64,000 bases of DNA from Candidatus Bathyarchaeota archaeon (GCA_963782525.1 CAWAKC010000007.1:96001-160000); one strand, 5' to 3'; shown: positions 28,957 to 39,929, counted from the stretch's first letter. Made by a program: numbers and translations. Notes: generated by a model not told the origin, from the letters alone.

Positions 28957-31776
28957 TTAAGGTCGTTTTCTAATTAAGAGTAGCGCAAGTATTGCGCCAA
29001 CTATTGCGATGGCTACTATTATGCCTGCGATGGCTGGAACAAAGTATGTATCAGAGATAGATACTGGTAATGGTGCTGGTGTAGCGGTAGCTTGTGATGC
29101 ATCTTCTACTGTCAAGTACGTTGTTGCCGATGATGGGCCATATGCTTTGGTACCTGCGAAATTAGCGATTATCTGGTAGGTTCCAGGGACTTCTGGCTTG
29201 TATGAGATTGCATAGTTGCCGTTTATGTCACTTGTTGTTGTGCCGATTGGGACTGAATTGCCGTTAGGGTCGATAGCGCTTAAGCTAACGTCGACGCCCA
29301 TAGCGTTTGTTGGCTTTGCCTGTTGCATGAACATGTATTCCATCCAAGCCGTCATGTCTTGATCAGATATTGCTGGAGTGTCTTTGAGTGGAACTTGTAG
29401 GACATCATTGATGTTGCGTCTGCCAACTGGTGATTGGTCAGTAACTGTACCTTTTATCGTGACTTTGTTTCCTAGAGTTGATGCGTCATCTTGTGTTGTG
29501 ACTGTGGTGCCGCTTGGGCCTTTTCCGAATGCGTATAGTTGGTTGTCAAAGTAGTTAAGACCAACTAGAATACCGTCAGCCATGATGATGTTTGACGATG
29601 ATGGTGACATTCCGCCGAAGAATCCTAGTATCTTCCAGATTTCTTTGCCTGTAGAAGCATCTAAGCATCGTAGGTTGGGTCCACGGAATAGTGGTTGTGT
29701 TGGGGAGTGTTCGCCTGAAACTGTGTAGAGTTTGCCGTCATTAATCATTACGACAGCAGTCGGATAGACTCCGCCGTAAGCAGATTCTGTGCCGATGCTT
29801 TCAGGGTAGTATTGCCATAGTATGTTGCCAGTTTTTACATCGTATGCTGTAATGACTCCGCCGTAACCTGAGCTGTACAATGTGTGGTTGTAGTAGTTTT
29901 GGCTCATGCCGTAGTATTGGAATTGTACTTCAGGCTGGCTTGTCCAAACTAGTTGTCCTGTGTCCATGCTGTAGCCGAACCGTTCTGTCGTTCTTGCTTT
30001 TTGGAAGAGTATCATGCCATCGTCTGGATAGATTCCTGTGAGGCTTACTGTTTCACCGTCTGCCATTGATGGAGGAGTAAATTCTTTGCTTGCTAACAAT
30101 GTGCCTTCCTGGCCTGGTACTAAGCTGATTTTCATGTAGAAGCCTGGTGCAGTGTTTGTGCCGTTGTTAAATCCTAGGGCTGAAACAATCATGTATTCGT
30201 CTTGTTTAATCACTGAGATGCTGCCTGTTTGGTTAGATACCGCATTTCTTGTGCCTAGTATGCTGGGTAGTGAAGCATTTAACGAGTAGAAGTTGCGTCC
30301 GTCATGTACATAGTTGTAGGCGAGTGTGCCAAGGTATGCGTTTGCTCCACCGAAAGTTCCGCCTGCTGGTCTCCATTGCCATAAGCCTGTTCCAAGTTGA
30401 CTTGAGGGCATGGTTCCTGCTGAAGTGTTCCATACTTGCAAATAGTATTTAGGTGCTGTTGTCGATCCAAGGTTTACTATGTTGTAGCGAAGTATGCTTC
30501 CGTCTTTTCCGTAGACAGCTGTTCCTGTTGCGCCTGTTGTTATAGCGGTGGGTTGTCCCTGGGCATTAACTTGACCAGGTCTAGTCTCTGTTTGTGTTAC
30601 GTTAGCGATGTAGGTGATTGTCTCTCCTGTGAATCCGTCAAGCATTTCCCAAACTGTGCCGGCGCTTGTCGGTGTTGCTGTCCTATTTATGGTAACTGAG
30701 GCGCCCTGCTGGACTACTGATAGGTTGGTAAATTGTGTTGCACGTGGAACCTGAATTATCTCTGGCAATGCGACATTAGAGGTTCTCCAAAGGTATGCAA
30801 ATCCGCCGTGTTGGTTTGGTGATTCATAGTTGTAGATTTGTCCAAATGCGGGATTGGTTTGGTTGTAGTCTAAGAATAGTTGTTCGCCTGTATACAAGTC
30901 AAGTTGTTCCCATCCTTGCGTTCCGTGTGCAGTCATGCGTGGAGTAAAGTTGATTTTGCCGTTGAGAATAATTCCTGTCCAGCTGACTCCTTGGTAGTGT
31001 GCAGTTTGGTAGCCTATGGTACTATAGTTCTCATCCATCAAGCCACCAGTGTAGTATTGCTTTGTCCACAATATGTGGGGTGTTTCGGTTCCCGCGCCAT
31101 TAACATAGTTGCTGGTTTGACCTGCGGCGCCCTGAGGATAGTTTTGAGCTGCACCGCCTAGCCAGTTTCCGGCTAGTACATACCACTCATGGTTTGCACT
31201 GTTTAGGGGGCGGTTCCAGTAATCGGTTGTTAGTGGAGTTTCTGTCCAAATAGGTGTTGCTTCTTGCTGAACTGTCATGTTTGCTGTCGAGCTGTAATCA
31301 GGCTGATAATATCTTCTTGATATTACTGCACCCGAACTGTTAGTGGTGTCTTTCCATTCTCCAGGGAAATAGGCCTGCAAAACATAAGTGCCTACTGTTT
31401 CTGGTGTGTAATTTATCCATGTGGCACCTACTGGATCGGTACGTGGCATTGATAGAGTGTCGTTGGTTCCATCAGGCTTTGTGATTGTCACTATTGCTGG
31501 ATTGTTCCATGCGGCTCTGCCGTTTGGTGAAGCAACTGTGCCTGCTGTTTCTCCTACATCTGGAGGCATGTCTGCAGTCCAAGTAATTATAATTACTTGC
31601 TGACCAACGCCAACAGTAATAGGGGAAACACCAACGTAGATATAAGAACGCGTATTCGTTACGGGCACTGTTTGAGCTTCAGCGGGCAAAATAGCAAACA
31701 TCGAAATAGCGATTGTTAACATTAGAAATACTGTAGTAGTGGCAAGTTTTGTTTTATTTTTTCTTAATGTGTTCAT
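28957..31776 (-). CDS. Large secreted, C-terminally anchored PQQ-like beta-propeller surface protein (paralog 1, 939 aa)
   Basis: Signal peptide, N-terminal Ig-like domain, AYDxxTGxxLW blades, YESPNQHGG, EHSP, C-terminal Ig-like domain, PT linker, TM + RKRP. Confidence 0.88.
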   Translation of the reverse strand: MNTLRKNKTKLATTTVFLMLTIAISMFAILPAEAQTVPVTNTRSYIYVGVSPITVGVGQQVIIITWTADMPPDVGETAGTVASPNGRAAWNNPAIVTITKPDGTNDTLSMPRTDPVGATWINYTPETVGTYVLQAYFPGEWKDTTNSSGAVISRRYYQPDYSSTANMTVQQEATPIWTETPLTTDYWNRPLNSANHEWYVLAGNWLGGAAQNYPQGAAGQTSNYVNGAGTETPHILWTKQYYTGGLMDENYSTIGYQTAHYQGVSWTGIILNGKINFTPRMTAHGTQGWEQLDLYTGEQLFLDYNQTNPAFGQIYNYESPNQHGGFAYLWRTSNVALPEIIQVPRATQFTNLSVVQQGASVTINRTATPTSAGTVWEMLDGFTGETITYIANVTQTETRPGQVNAQGQPTAITTGATGTAVYGKDGSILRYNIVNLGSTTAPKYYLQVWNTSAGTMPSSQLGTGLWQWRPAGGTFGGANAYLGTLAYNYVHDGRNFYSLNASLPSILGTRNAVSNQTGSISVIKQDEYMIVSALGFNNGTNTAPGFYMKISLVPGQEGTLLASKEFTPPSMADGETVSLTGIYPDDGMILFQKARTTERFGYSMDTGQLVWTSQPEVQFQYYGMSQNYYNHTLYSSGYGGVITAYDVKTGNILWQYYPESIGTESAYGGVYPTAVVMINDGKLYTVSGEHSPTQPLFRGPNLRCLDASTGKEIWKILGFFGGMSPSSSNIIMADGILVGLNYFDNQLYAFGKGPSGTTVTTQDDASTLGNKVTIKGTVTDQSPVGRRNINDVLQVPLKDTPAISDQDMTAWMEYMFMQQAKPTNAMGVDVSLSAIDPNGNSVPIGTTTSDINGNYAISYKPEVPGTYQIIANFAGTKAYGPSSATTYLTVEDASQATATPAPLPVSISDTYFVPAIAGIIVAIAIVGAILALLLIRKRP

Positions 31777-31801
31777 TTTTTTCTTTCCTTTTGTTCATAA
31801 T

Positions 31802-31871
31802 TCTAGAAAGCACTTGCTTACTAGAGCTCCAGATTATCGGTGTATGGTATATATTAAATTAACCTGAAAAA
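31802..31871 (-). promoter_or_regulatory. Promoter plus leader inverted repeat shared with the 34825-34892 copy
   Basis: Two 23-nt blocks (31804-31826 and 31849-31871) each match the paralog-2 leader at 22/23 positions, with an identical 22-nt spacer. Confidence 0.75.
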
Positions 31872-32040
31872 CATCATTCGAATCAAATTTAATCTTAAAA
31901 CAATTGAGAATAAATGTTCAAGTTGTCGCATACTATTGAATAACAAATGAGCAAAAAAAGAGCACCTTACAATGCAATTGTCTCCAATATAACTCCAGTC
32001 TACTAAATAGCGAATAAAGAACATCATAATAGCCATGTTT

Positions 32041-32072
32041 TAAAAATAGTTAAAAAAAAATAAAAAGGGAAA
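32041..32072 (-). terminator. Oligo-T archaeal terminator of propeller paralog 2
   Basis: Minus strand TTTCCCTTTTTATTTTTTTTT just after the stop. Similar tracts follow paralogs 1 and 3-6. Confidence 0.6.
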
Positions 32073-32090
32073 TGGTTTATTTGATTCTGA

Positions 32091-34796
32091 TTATGGGCGT
32101 TTTCGGAGCATAAGAAGGTTTACTATTCCAACCGCTATGATAGCAATGATTATTCCTATTGTGGCAGGTATAAAGTATGTGTCAGCGACAGATTCTGGTT
32201 GTGGTGCCGGAGTTGGGGTTACGGTAGATTGTTCGTTGCCTACGTTAATGTAAGTTGTTGCGTATGATGGTCCGTATGCTTTGGATCCTGCGAATGACGC
32301 TATGATTTGGTAGGTTCCTGGAACTTCTGGGTTGTAAGGGATCGCATAAGTGCCTGTTGTGTCGCTGGTTGTTGTGCCGATTGGGATTGTGTTGCCGTTG
32401 GGATCGATGGCGGTTAAGGTTACTTTAACGCCAGTTGCGTTTGATGGCATTGCCTGCTGCATGAATTTGAATTCCATCCAAGCGGACATGCTTGCGTCGG
32501 AGATTGCTGGAGTGCCTTTAAGCGAGAAGTCCATAACGCCGTTGGTGTTGCGTCTACCCGAAGAAGATTGGTCAGTAACGGTGCCCGTTAGCATTACAGT
32601 GTTTCCGAAGGCTGCTGCTTCTGGTGATGCTGCAACTGTTGTTGCGCTTGGGCCTCTGCCGAAAGCGTAGATTTCGCCGTCGAAGTAGTTGAGACCAACT
32701 AGGATTCCGTCAGCCATGTAGATGTTTGATTCAGTGGGGGACATTCTTGCGCCCCAGAACAGAATACTCCATATGTCTTCTCCGGTGGTAGCGTTGATGC
32801 AGCGTAGGTTAGGACCACGGTAGAGTGGTTGGGTGGGTGAGTGTTCGCTTCCAACGGTGTATATTTTTCCATCTGCAACTATGTTTATACCTATGGGATA
32901 GTTGCCGCCATAGGGAGATTCATCACCAATGCTGGTTGCTGCGTATTGCCAAAGCATGTTGCCTGTTTCTAAGTCGTAAGCGTAGATGACACCGCCGTAG
33001 CCGAAGGTGTAGAAGATGCCGTTGTACATGTTTGAACCGGAACCGTAGTAGACGAATTGTGTCTGTGGAGGAGTTGTCCAGATTAGTTGTCCAGTTGAGA
33101 GGCTGTAGCCAAACCAATTAAGCGTGCTCTTGCAGTAGAAGACCATTCTGTCGTATTCGGGATATACGCCCATTAGGCTTACTGAAGCATTAGCTGCTGA
33201 GGAGGGTGGAGTAAAGGTTGTCTTCCAGAGTTGTGTTCCTTGTTGACCAGGTTGTAAGCTTAGCGCTATCATATATCCTTGCACGGTGCCTCGTTCGTCA
33301 ACAAATCCGGAGGTTCCGATGATGATGCTGTCATCTTGACGTACAGACACGATACTGGCAGTTTGGTTGTTAATTGCATTGCGTGGACCCCAAACACTGT
33401 CTAGCGGTAATGAAACATTCAAAGAGTAGCCGGTTGCTCCGTTGTGGACCATGTTATAGTTTAATGCTGGACCACCGCCGAAGCCGCCTCCTTGAGGTCG
33501 CCATTGCCAGTATAAGGTTCCTGAGGTGTCTGCGAGTTCTGTTGGAATTGCAGAGGAGTTCCATACTTGCAGATAATATTTTGGTGATGTGTTTGTTCCT
33601 GAGTTGTATAGGTTATATCGTAGTAAGCTTCCGTCTAACCCGTAAACCATTGTTCCTGCTGTGCTAACATTTGCAATGAACGCCACGTGGCTAAATGTGT
33701 AGCCATCGAGCATCTCGTAGACTGTGCCATTACCGCTACCCCATACTGTACCTACACCAGTGGTAACCGTTCTATAAAGATAAGGAATGCCTCCGTGTTG
33801 GTTAGGTGACTCGTAGTTGTATATTTGGCCGTATGTTGGAATGGTGTCGTTGCTGAAGTATAGTTGTTCGCCTGTGTAGAGATCAACTGCTTGCCATCCT
33901 CTTGGGGCATGTGCTGTGTCTTGATATTGGTAGATTAGTTTTCCTTGCAGAATTATTGGGTTACCAAAGTTGTACCCTTGGTAATGCGCTGTTTCATATC
34001 CCCAGTTTCCTTTGCCGCCGTCACTCTCGAACCTTGAATCCATTATGCCGCCAGCGTAGTAGGGTTTTGTCCAAAGAATGTGTGCACTTTCAGGTGCGGA
34101 ACCATATGCGAAGTTTTGGGTGTTGCTTGTTGTGCCGCCGCCGATTGCTCCAGTAGGACCTGGTGAACCTGGTGGATATGCTGCTGCAAAGGCACCAAAC
34201 CAGTTGCCGGTTAGGGTGTACCATTCTCTGTTTGCATCGTTGAGTGGTCTAGTCCAGTAATCAGTCGTAACTGGTGGTTCTGCCCAGTTTTGAACGGGTT
34301 CGTTTTGCACTGTTAGAGTGACTGGTTCACTCCAGTCTGATGTAAAGTATGCTTGGATGTCAGCGACTGTTGAATTTCTCCATTCTCCTGGATAGTAGAC
34401 TTGGAAGGTGTAGTTGCCTGCAACTTGCGGTACATAGGAGGCATATGTGGCGCCTACGGGGTCAGTGCGGGGCAATTCAATTTGCGTATCGTTGGATCCG
34501 TCCGGTTTGATTACATTGACAATCATGTGAGCTTCCCATGCTGCGCGTCCGTTTGGAGCTGGAACTTTGCCGACCGTTTCGCCGATGTCTGGCGGGATTG
34601 CTTGAGTCCATGCAACAACGAGGGCTGTCTGACCGACTCCGACAATGTTGGGTGAAACGCCAACGTAAACATATGATTGCGTTGAAGATACAGATGCGCT
34701 GGCTGTTGGTACGTTAGAAAGTATAGGAATAGCAATTGTTAGCATCAGAATTATAGTGGCTAAAGATACTACTTTTTTATTAAACGATATTTTCAT
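32091..34796 (-). CDS. Large secreted, anchored PQQ-like beta-propeller surface protein (paralog 2, 901 aa)
   Basis: Same architecture as paralog 1. GYETAHYQG, YESPNQHGG, EHSP and ADTYFIP-TM-RKRP. Confidence 0.88.
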   Translation of the reverse strand: MKISFNKKVVSLATIILMLTIAIPILSNVPTASASVSSTQSYVYVGVSPNIVGVGQTALVVAWTQAIPPDIGETVGKVPAPNGRAAWEAHMIVNVIKPDGSNDTQIELPRTDPVGATYASYVPQVAGNYTFQVYYPGEWRNSTVADIQAYFTSDWSEPVTLTVQNEPVQNWAEPPVTTDYWTRPLNDANREWYTLTGNWFGAFAAAYPPGSPGPTGAIGGGTTSNTQNFAYGSAPESAHILWTKPYYAGGIMDSRFESDGGKGNWGYETAHYQGYNFGNPIILQGKLIYQYQDTAHAPRGWQAVDLYTGEQLYFSNDTIPTYGQIYNYESPNQHGGIPYLYRTVTTGVGTVWGSGNGTVYEMLDGYTFSHVAFIANVSTAGTMVYGLDGSLLRYNLYNSGTNTSPKYYLQVWNSSAIPTELADTSGTLYWQWRPQGGGFGGGPALNYNMVHNGATGYSLNVSLPLDSVWGPRNAINNQTASIVSVRQDDSIIIGTSGFVDERGTVQGYMIALSLQPGQQGTQLWKTTFTPPSSAANASVSLMGVYPEYDRMVFYCKSTLNWFGYSLSTGQLIWTTPPQTQFVYYGSGSNMYNGIFYTFGYGGVIYAYDLETGNMLWQYAATSIGDESPYGGNYPIGINIVADGKIYTVGSEHSPTQPLYRGPNLRCINATTGEDIWSILFWGARMSPTESNIYMADGILVGLNYFDGEIYAFGRGPSATTVAASPEAAAFGNTVMLTGTVTDQSSSGRRNTNGVMDFSLKGTPAISDASMSAWMEFKFMQQAMPSNATGVKVTLTAIDPNGNTIPIGTTTSDTTGTYAIPYNPEVPGTYQIIASFAGSKAYGPSYATTYINVGNEQSTVTPTPAPQPESVADTYFIPATIGIIIAIIAVGIVNLLMLRKRP

Positions 34797-34824
34797 TTTG
34801 TTTCTTTCCTTTTGTTTTTGATTT

Positions 34825-34892
34825 TAGAAAGCACTTGCTTCCTAGAGTCCCAGGTTATTTTCTCAAGAAATATATTAATTTAACCTGAAAAA
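34825..34892 (-). promoter_or_regulatory. Promoter plus leader inverted repeat of propeller paralog 2
   Basis: Minus strand TTCAGGTTAAATTAATATAT (BRE/TATA) then CTCTAGGAAGCAAGTGCTTTCTA. Confidence 0.75.
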
Positions 34893-35076
34893 AGTTCATG
34901 TAAAAAAATAAATCAGAAAGTACTTTTTTAGAAGAAATGCTCAAGGTATTTATTTCATCTAAAACAACTGTAACTAAAGATCTAAATTGGCTAAAAATTT
35001 GTGCAACCATAAAGACAAATTTTGAACAGAAAACTAAGAGTTATTATTTTGCAACTGAAACTTAAAAGATATAATA

Positions 35077-37632
35077 CTAATGTCTTTTGCTTCTTCTCCA
35101 AAAAACATAGCCCATAGCTGCGATTGCAACGACAAGTATGCTTGCGCCACCAATAAGTACTGCAATGTTAGGAGCCAGCGCCAAGGAGCTTGCTGCGGTG
35201 GAAGCTGGAGATGTGGCTTGACTTGTGACGTTTTCTCTGAACGCATAGAGGTTCCAGTCATTACATCCGATGTATAGCATCTTGTTTGCTATGGCTGGTG
35301 AAGACCAGCTGCTTGAAGGCATATCCATAGTTTCAAGTTTTTCACCATTGTTAGCAGCGTCCAAAACGAATATGTGACGTTGGCTAGTTACGTCGTAGAC
35401 TTTGCCGTCTGCATAGGTTGGCGCAACATACAATTCATCGCCCGTGTAGAAGCTCCATACAACTTTTCCCGTGTTGGCGTCGAGGCATGCTATGTTAAAT
35501 TTGTCGATGAGGATAACGTGTCCGTTCACGTATATCGGGGCATTGTAGATGAATTCGCCAGCGTCTTTGTTGGTGAAATTCCACAAAACCTCGCCTGTTG
35601 CCGCACTAACAGCATAATAAGTGATAACGTTGGATGACGTAAATACCATGCCATCTGCCACTGATGTTGAACCTAACAGTTCCGTTCCACCGATAAAAAC
35701 AGGGACATAGGGAATTGGTCGAGTCCAAATTACAGCTCCGTTGGCAGCGTCAAGTTTGTAGAGCATACCAGTGGTCGGTTCGTGGGAAGTGAAGAATATA
35801 GCACCGTCTGAGACTGAAGGGGAATTTTCAATCGGGCCAAGAGTTGCTGTTTTCCAAACAACATTGCCGTTGTTCGCATCAAGAGCATACATGTTGCCAT
35901 CCATTGACCCAATGTAAACAATGCCATTTGACACTGCGGGTGAAGATTTCATAACTATAGTGGAAAATGTGTTTGGCATGTTGCCGTTGACAGGCGTTGT
36001 CCATATGAGGTTGCCGCTGAAAGCATCTAGACAGTAAACGTTGCCGTCATCGCCTCCAGTGTAAACCTTACCGTTCACAACCGCAACTGAAGATTCAACT
36101 GCAGCGTTGGTGGCAAAGCTCCAGATGAGATTGCCGTTATATGCGCCAACCGCATAGATGTTTTTGTCTTGAGAACCAAAATAGACGATTCCATCCACGA
36201 TTGTTGGTGAGGATAGAACTGAACCGTTTGTCGCGAATTTCCACGCTAAAGTAAGATTAGCTGGACCTTGAGGGGCACTTGATGAGTGTGTTGGGTCTGC
36301 TCCCCACATTGACCAGTTGCTAACTGGAGTCGAAGGTGTGCCCATGGCCCAAAGCTGATTAGCGGTAGAGTATTCGTTTCCTGAGATTGTATCTACGGCA
36401 GTCGTTACTTCACCTGGAATAAGATACAAAGTTCCGTACGCAACGATCGCAGATTCTTTGGGTGCAAGGGCTTCCATCTTAAGCTTCCAAATTATTTGTC
36501 CAGTGTAAGCATCTAAACATGCAAACTGTGAAGCGCCCACTTCGTTGTTATAATAGGCATTTTGCCCAGTTGTCGCGTAAACCTTCCCGTCTGCAACCGT
36601 GGGGGCACCTGGAAACATCAGTGGACCTGGCCCCGTATAGTTCCATGCAAGTCGGCCAGTTTCTACGTTGACGGCATAGAGGTTACCATCCTTATTGAGC
36701 GCATAAACCATACCGTAACCAACCGCTGTGCCTACGCAGAAGTAACCGTCAGTGTTAGGCGTATAAGTCCAAAGGATGTCGCCGTTTGTAGCGTTAAAAC
36801 AGTACAGTGTATTGTCGTCTGTACCTCCCCTAAGATACATTCCTTCATAGTAGGAACCGCTAAAAATCATCGGCCCCTTCGTAAGAGTATCCCAAACAAC
36901 CTTGCCAGTTCTTGCATCTAGCGCCATCTGATGATTCTCAAAAGACCCTGGAAACACCAATCCGCCGCCGTACGTAACCCCCGAACCCGTAGTGCCGCCG
37001 CCGGGAACATATGTTTGCCAAGCCAAAGTTGGAGGCGCTGAGGGATCAGAGAAATCCCAAGCGTTGATGTATGAACCGACTTTTGTGTAGAACATTTTTT
37101 CTTCGGAACTATACACGTTGGCGACGAATAGAACGCCTGTGTCAGCTGAGAATTGTGTGCTGGTCCAAATGATGTTGCCTGTTTGCGGGTCAAGGCATGT
37201 GCCTTCAACAACCATGTGTGTATTGTCAATCTTGTAGGCTACGGGCCATGTTCCATTCATGGGAATGTCTTTGTGCCAGACAACTTGTCCAGATTGGTCA
37301 ACTGCACTAACGCCTGTGGTTGTGCAAACAAAAATTTTCCCGTCGAAAGCCACAAGGTAGGGTTCTATTCCTGTTATGTTGGTTTTCCACAGTACATTTG
37401 ATGTTGCTGGGGCTGGTCCTGCTGAAGACCGCGAGAAGGATGAATCGCCTTGGAATTGGGGCCACTCATACTGGTTTAGATTGCTAGAAGTAGAAGCGGA
37501 ATTAGTGTTGACTTGAGCATTTACAGTGGTGGGTCCTGCCTGAATGTAAAGCGAAGCAAAGATTGACGTAATAAGCAACAGAAGTAAGAACGACGCAACT
37601 TTGAGATTTTTAATAATTTGGCAGTCCCCCAA
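35077..37632 (-). CDS. Secreted tandem double PQQ-like (BamB-type) beta-propeller protein with TM anchor
   Basis: Two WxxFxGD/WSMWGAD...GPA starts, many YALDAxxGxxxW and SSP.V..G.VY.G blades, TM + RRSKR. Lacks PNQHG, so it is a different family from paralogs 1-6. Confidence 0.85.
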   Translation of the reverse strand: MGDCQIIKNLKVASFLLLLLITSIFASLYIQAGPTTVNAQVNTNSASTSSNLNQYEWPQFQGDSSFSRSSAGPAPATSNVLWKTNITGIEPYLVAFDGKIFVCTTTGVSAVDQSGQVVWHKDIPMNGTWPVAYKIDNTHMVVEGTCLDPQTGNIIWTSTQFSADTGVLFVANVYSSEEKMFYTKVGSYINAWDFSDPSAPPTLAWQTYVPGGGTTGSGVTYGGGLVFPGSFENHQMALDARTGKVVWDTLTKGPMIFSGSYYEGMYLRGGTDDNTLYCFNATNGDILWTYTPNTDGYFCVGTAVGYGMVYALNKDGNLYAVNVETGRLAWNYTGPGPLMFPGAPTVADGKVYATTGQNAYYNNEVGASQFACLDAYTGQIIWKLKMEALAPKESAIVAYGTLYLIPGEVTTAVDTISGNEYSTANQLWAMGTPSTPVSNWSMWGADPTHSSSAPQGPANLTLAWKFATNGSVLSSPTIVDGIVYFGSQDKNIYAVGAYNGNLIWSFATNAAVESSVAVVNGKVYTGGDDGNVYCLDAFSGNLIWTTPVNGNMPNTFSTIVMKSSPAVSNGIVYIGSMDGNMYALDANNGNVVWKTATLGPIENSPSVSDGAIFFTSHEPTTGMLYKLDAANGAVIWTRPIPYVPVFIGGTELLGSTSVADGMVFTSSNVITYYAVSAATGEVLWNFTNKDAGEFIYNAPIYVNGHVILIDKFNIACLDANTGKVVWSFYTGDELYVAPTYADGKVYDVTSQRHIFVLDAANNGEKLETMDMPSSSWSSPAIANKMLYIGCNDWNLYAFRENVTSQATSPASTAASSLALAPNIAVLIGGASILVVAIAAMGYVFWRRSKRH

Positions 37633-37895
37633 GAGTTAATCGATCGCAAGTTAGGCTAATTTCTATTCCACAAAAACGTTTAAGATGAAATCACAGTATA
37701 AACTTTACGTTAAAGTGCCTTTCAGCTTTAATCCAACGAAGTTTGATGACTCAGAAATATCTGGTTGTTTCAGCTGGAAAGGTGCGAACCATAAATCAGC
37801 TGACAATACTGCTCAACCCTGAATTATAGTCAGTAAATGTCAAAGCACCAATAGTTTATTAAGATTCCAAAATAGGTTCCTATGGTGGATGCTAC

Positions 37896-39929
37896 ATGAA
37901 AAAAATGTGGCGAATAATACTCGTTACTTTTCTAGTTTTCGCCATTTCAACATCCATTTTTGCTTCTGAAGGCACCGCTAAAGCGGTAACCAGCGATAAA
38001 GTGTACGTTGGTGTAACTTTCGGCGGCACTACCGTCGATGAAGCGAAACAGTTGATTGACAAAGTTTACACATACACGAATCTATTCATTGTGGACTCCT
38101 GGACCATCAGCGGCAACTTCAATGATACTACACCCTTAACTGAAATTTGTGATTACGCAGTACAGCACAACTTAGCTATCATAGTTTATTTCAGCTTCAT
38201 CTATTACAACTACACCCGAACCGTAGGTAACCTCTACAACGCCTCAGTTTGGGACCTTTATGGAGTCTTACCTTGGCATGTTGATTGGCTAAACCAAGCT
38301 AAAGCAAGGTGGGGCGACATGTTCTTGGGCGCTTACCTCTATGATGAGCCAGGAGGAAAACAAATAGACACGGGATACTGGGGAGGAAGCACCATGACGA
38401 CGTTCACCGGATCAAAAATCACTACATTTGTCAATACAACCGATTATGCTGACGCGGCCAGCCGGTTTACAAGAAGTTTAAACGGTGGAAGCATGCAGCA
38501 TATCATCAACACCACAATTCCCAACTCTGTAACGAGTCCAGTGCCTGTATTCACAGCTGATTATGCTCTTTACTGGTTTGATTACAAAGCAGGATACAAC
38601 ACTGTCTTTGTGGAATTGGGGAACAACCTACCAACGAACAGCAAAATCCAACAGATCGCCCTTTGCAGAGGTGCAGCTACAGCGCAACAAAAGGATTGGG
38701 GAGCCATAGTCACTTTAGGTACAGATGTGCCAAATCCAACTCCTGAAAATGGAACAACCGTCCTTAGTGATATGACTATGGCTTATGAGGCTGGTGCCAA
38801 GTACATTTTGGTGTTTAACTATGAACTCAACGGTCAAGGTATCCTAACAGATGAACAATTTAACGCTATGAAACAGTTCTGGGACAACATTCACTCATCT
38901 TCCGCAGATTCATGGGATAAATCCCCCGGACAAGTTGCCTTGGTGCTTCCCAATGACTATGGCTGGGGTATGCGACGCTTAAATGATAGGATGTGGGGGA
39001 TATGGGATGCACCTGATAATGCTACCCAAATCTGGAATAACATCGGCAACCTAACCGAAAGATACGGATTAAACCTGGACATCGTTTATGACGACCCTTC
39101 TGTGAACATCTCGGGGCTGTATTCTCAAACGTACCTTTGGAACAGCACCCTTAACTTTGCATCAACACCAACTTTATCCAACGAAATCTACATTTTGATT
39201 TCTGTAGTGGGTTCGGTTGGAGCAGTTGCTTGTGTATCCACTTATTTGGTTACAAAACGCAGAAAGCCAAAACTACCAACTCAGTTGGCGCAGCAATTCA
39301 GCCCAAGCAAAGAAGTGCTTTTAGAATCACCAATAACAACCCCAAAGAAAGTTGAAGTTAACCCCGAATTAAACGACATTTTCAACGCTTACGCCAACAT
39401 CATAGATCCATTGCATGATTTGCTCATGGACCTCCATGGACATACAAGCTGGATGGACCTAGAAAACGACTTAACCCGATGCAAACTTGCAAAAGCGTTG
39501 GAAGGAAAAATTTCCTTAGAAAACCTGAACTTTAGAAAGCTCTCTATTCTAATAAAGAATAAGAAGGCAAAAGAAGCCGCAAACGAAATTGAAGCTTTAA
39601 TTGAAACATTACATAGAGAAGTATCAACCCTAAAGGGAAAAGACGTCTCAGAGGAAACCCAAATAGAGTATAGTTCGTTAAAATCGGTAATTCTAGCCTA
39701 TTTTACTCTGAACGATGTTTTACTGGGTCAAGCCCTTGGCGATGAAGAACTTGAGAAAGAAAAGAGCGAGCTTGCCAAAGTTTTAGATGGCTTTTCTGAA
39801 AAGAAAGGAAGTGGATTGTTTGTCGAATTCACAGATAGGCTTAAGCTTCAAAAAACTGGGAAGCTTTCAGTTGAAAAAAGCCGATTGTTAATCAGAAAAC
39901 AACTCAATGAGTTCCTCAGACAGAATTAA
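37896..39929 (+). CDS. Hypothetical single-pass membrane protein: extracellular glycoside-hydrolase-like barrel plus ~220-aa cytoplasmic helical domain
   Basis: Signal peptide, YLYDEPGG motif, Trp/Tyr-rich ectodomain with many sequons, TM + KRRK, then a charged Leu/Glu/Lys-rich tail. Confidence 0.65.
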   Translation: MKKMWRIILVTFLVFAISTSIFASEGTAKAVTSDKVYVGVTFGGTTVDEAKQLIDKVYTYTNLFIVDSWTISGNFNDTTPLTEICDYAVQHNLAIIVYFSFIYYNYTRTVGNLYNASVWDLYGVLPWHVDWLNQAKARWGDMFLGAYLYDEPGGKQIDTGYWGGSTMTTFTGSKITTFVNTTDYADAASRFTRSLNGGSMQHIINTTIPNSVTSPVPVFTADYALYWFDYKAGYNTVFVELGNNLPTNSKIQQIALCRGAATAQQKDWGAIVTLGTDVPNPTPENGTTVLSDMTMAYEAGAKYILVFNYELNGQGILTDEQFNAMKQFWDNIHSSSADSWDKSPGQVALVLPNDYGWGMRRLNDRMWGIWDAPDNATQIWNNIGNLTERYGLNLDIVYDDPSVNISGLYSQTYLWNSTLNFASTPTLSNEIYILISVVGSVGAVACVSTYLVTKRRKPKLPTQLAQQFSPSKEVLLESPITTPKKVEVNPELNDIFNAYANIIDPLHDLLMDLHGHTSWMDLENDLTRCKLAKALEGKISLENLNFRKLSILIKNKKAKEAANEIEALIETLHREVSTLKGKDVSEETQIEYSSLKSVILAYFTLNDVLLGQALGDEELEKEKSELAKVLDGFSEKKGSGLFVEFTDRLKLQKTGKLSVEKSRLLIRKQLNEFLRQN

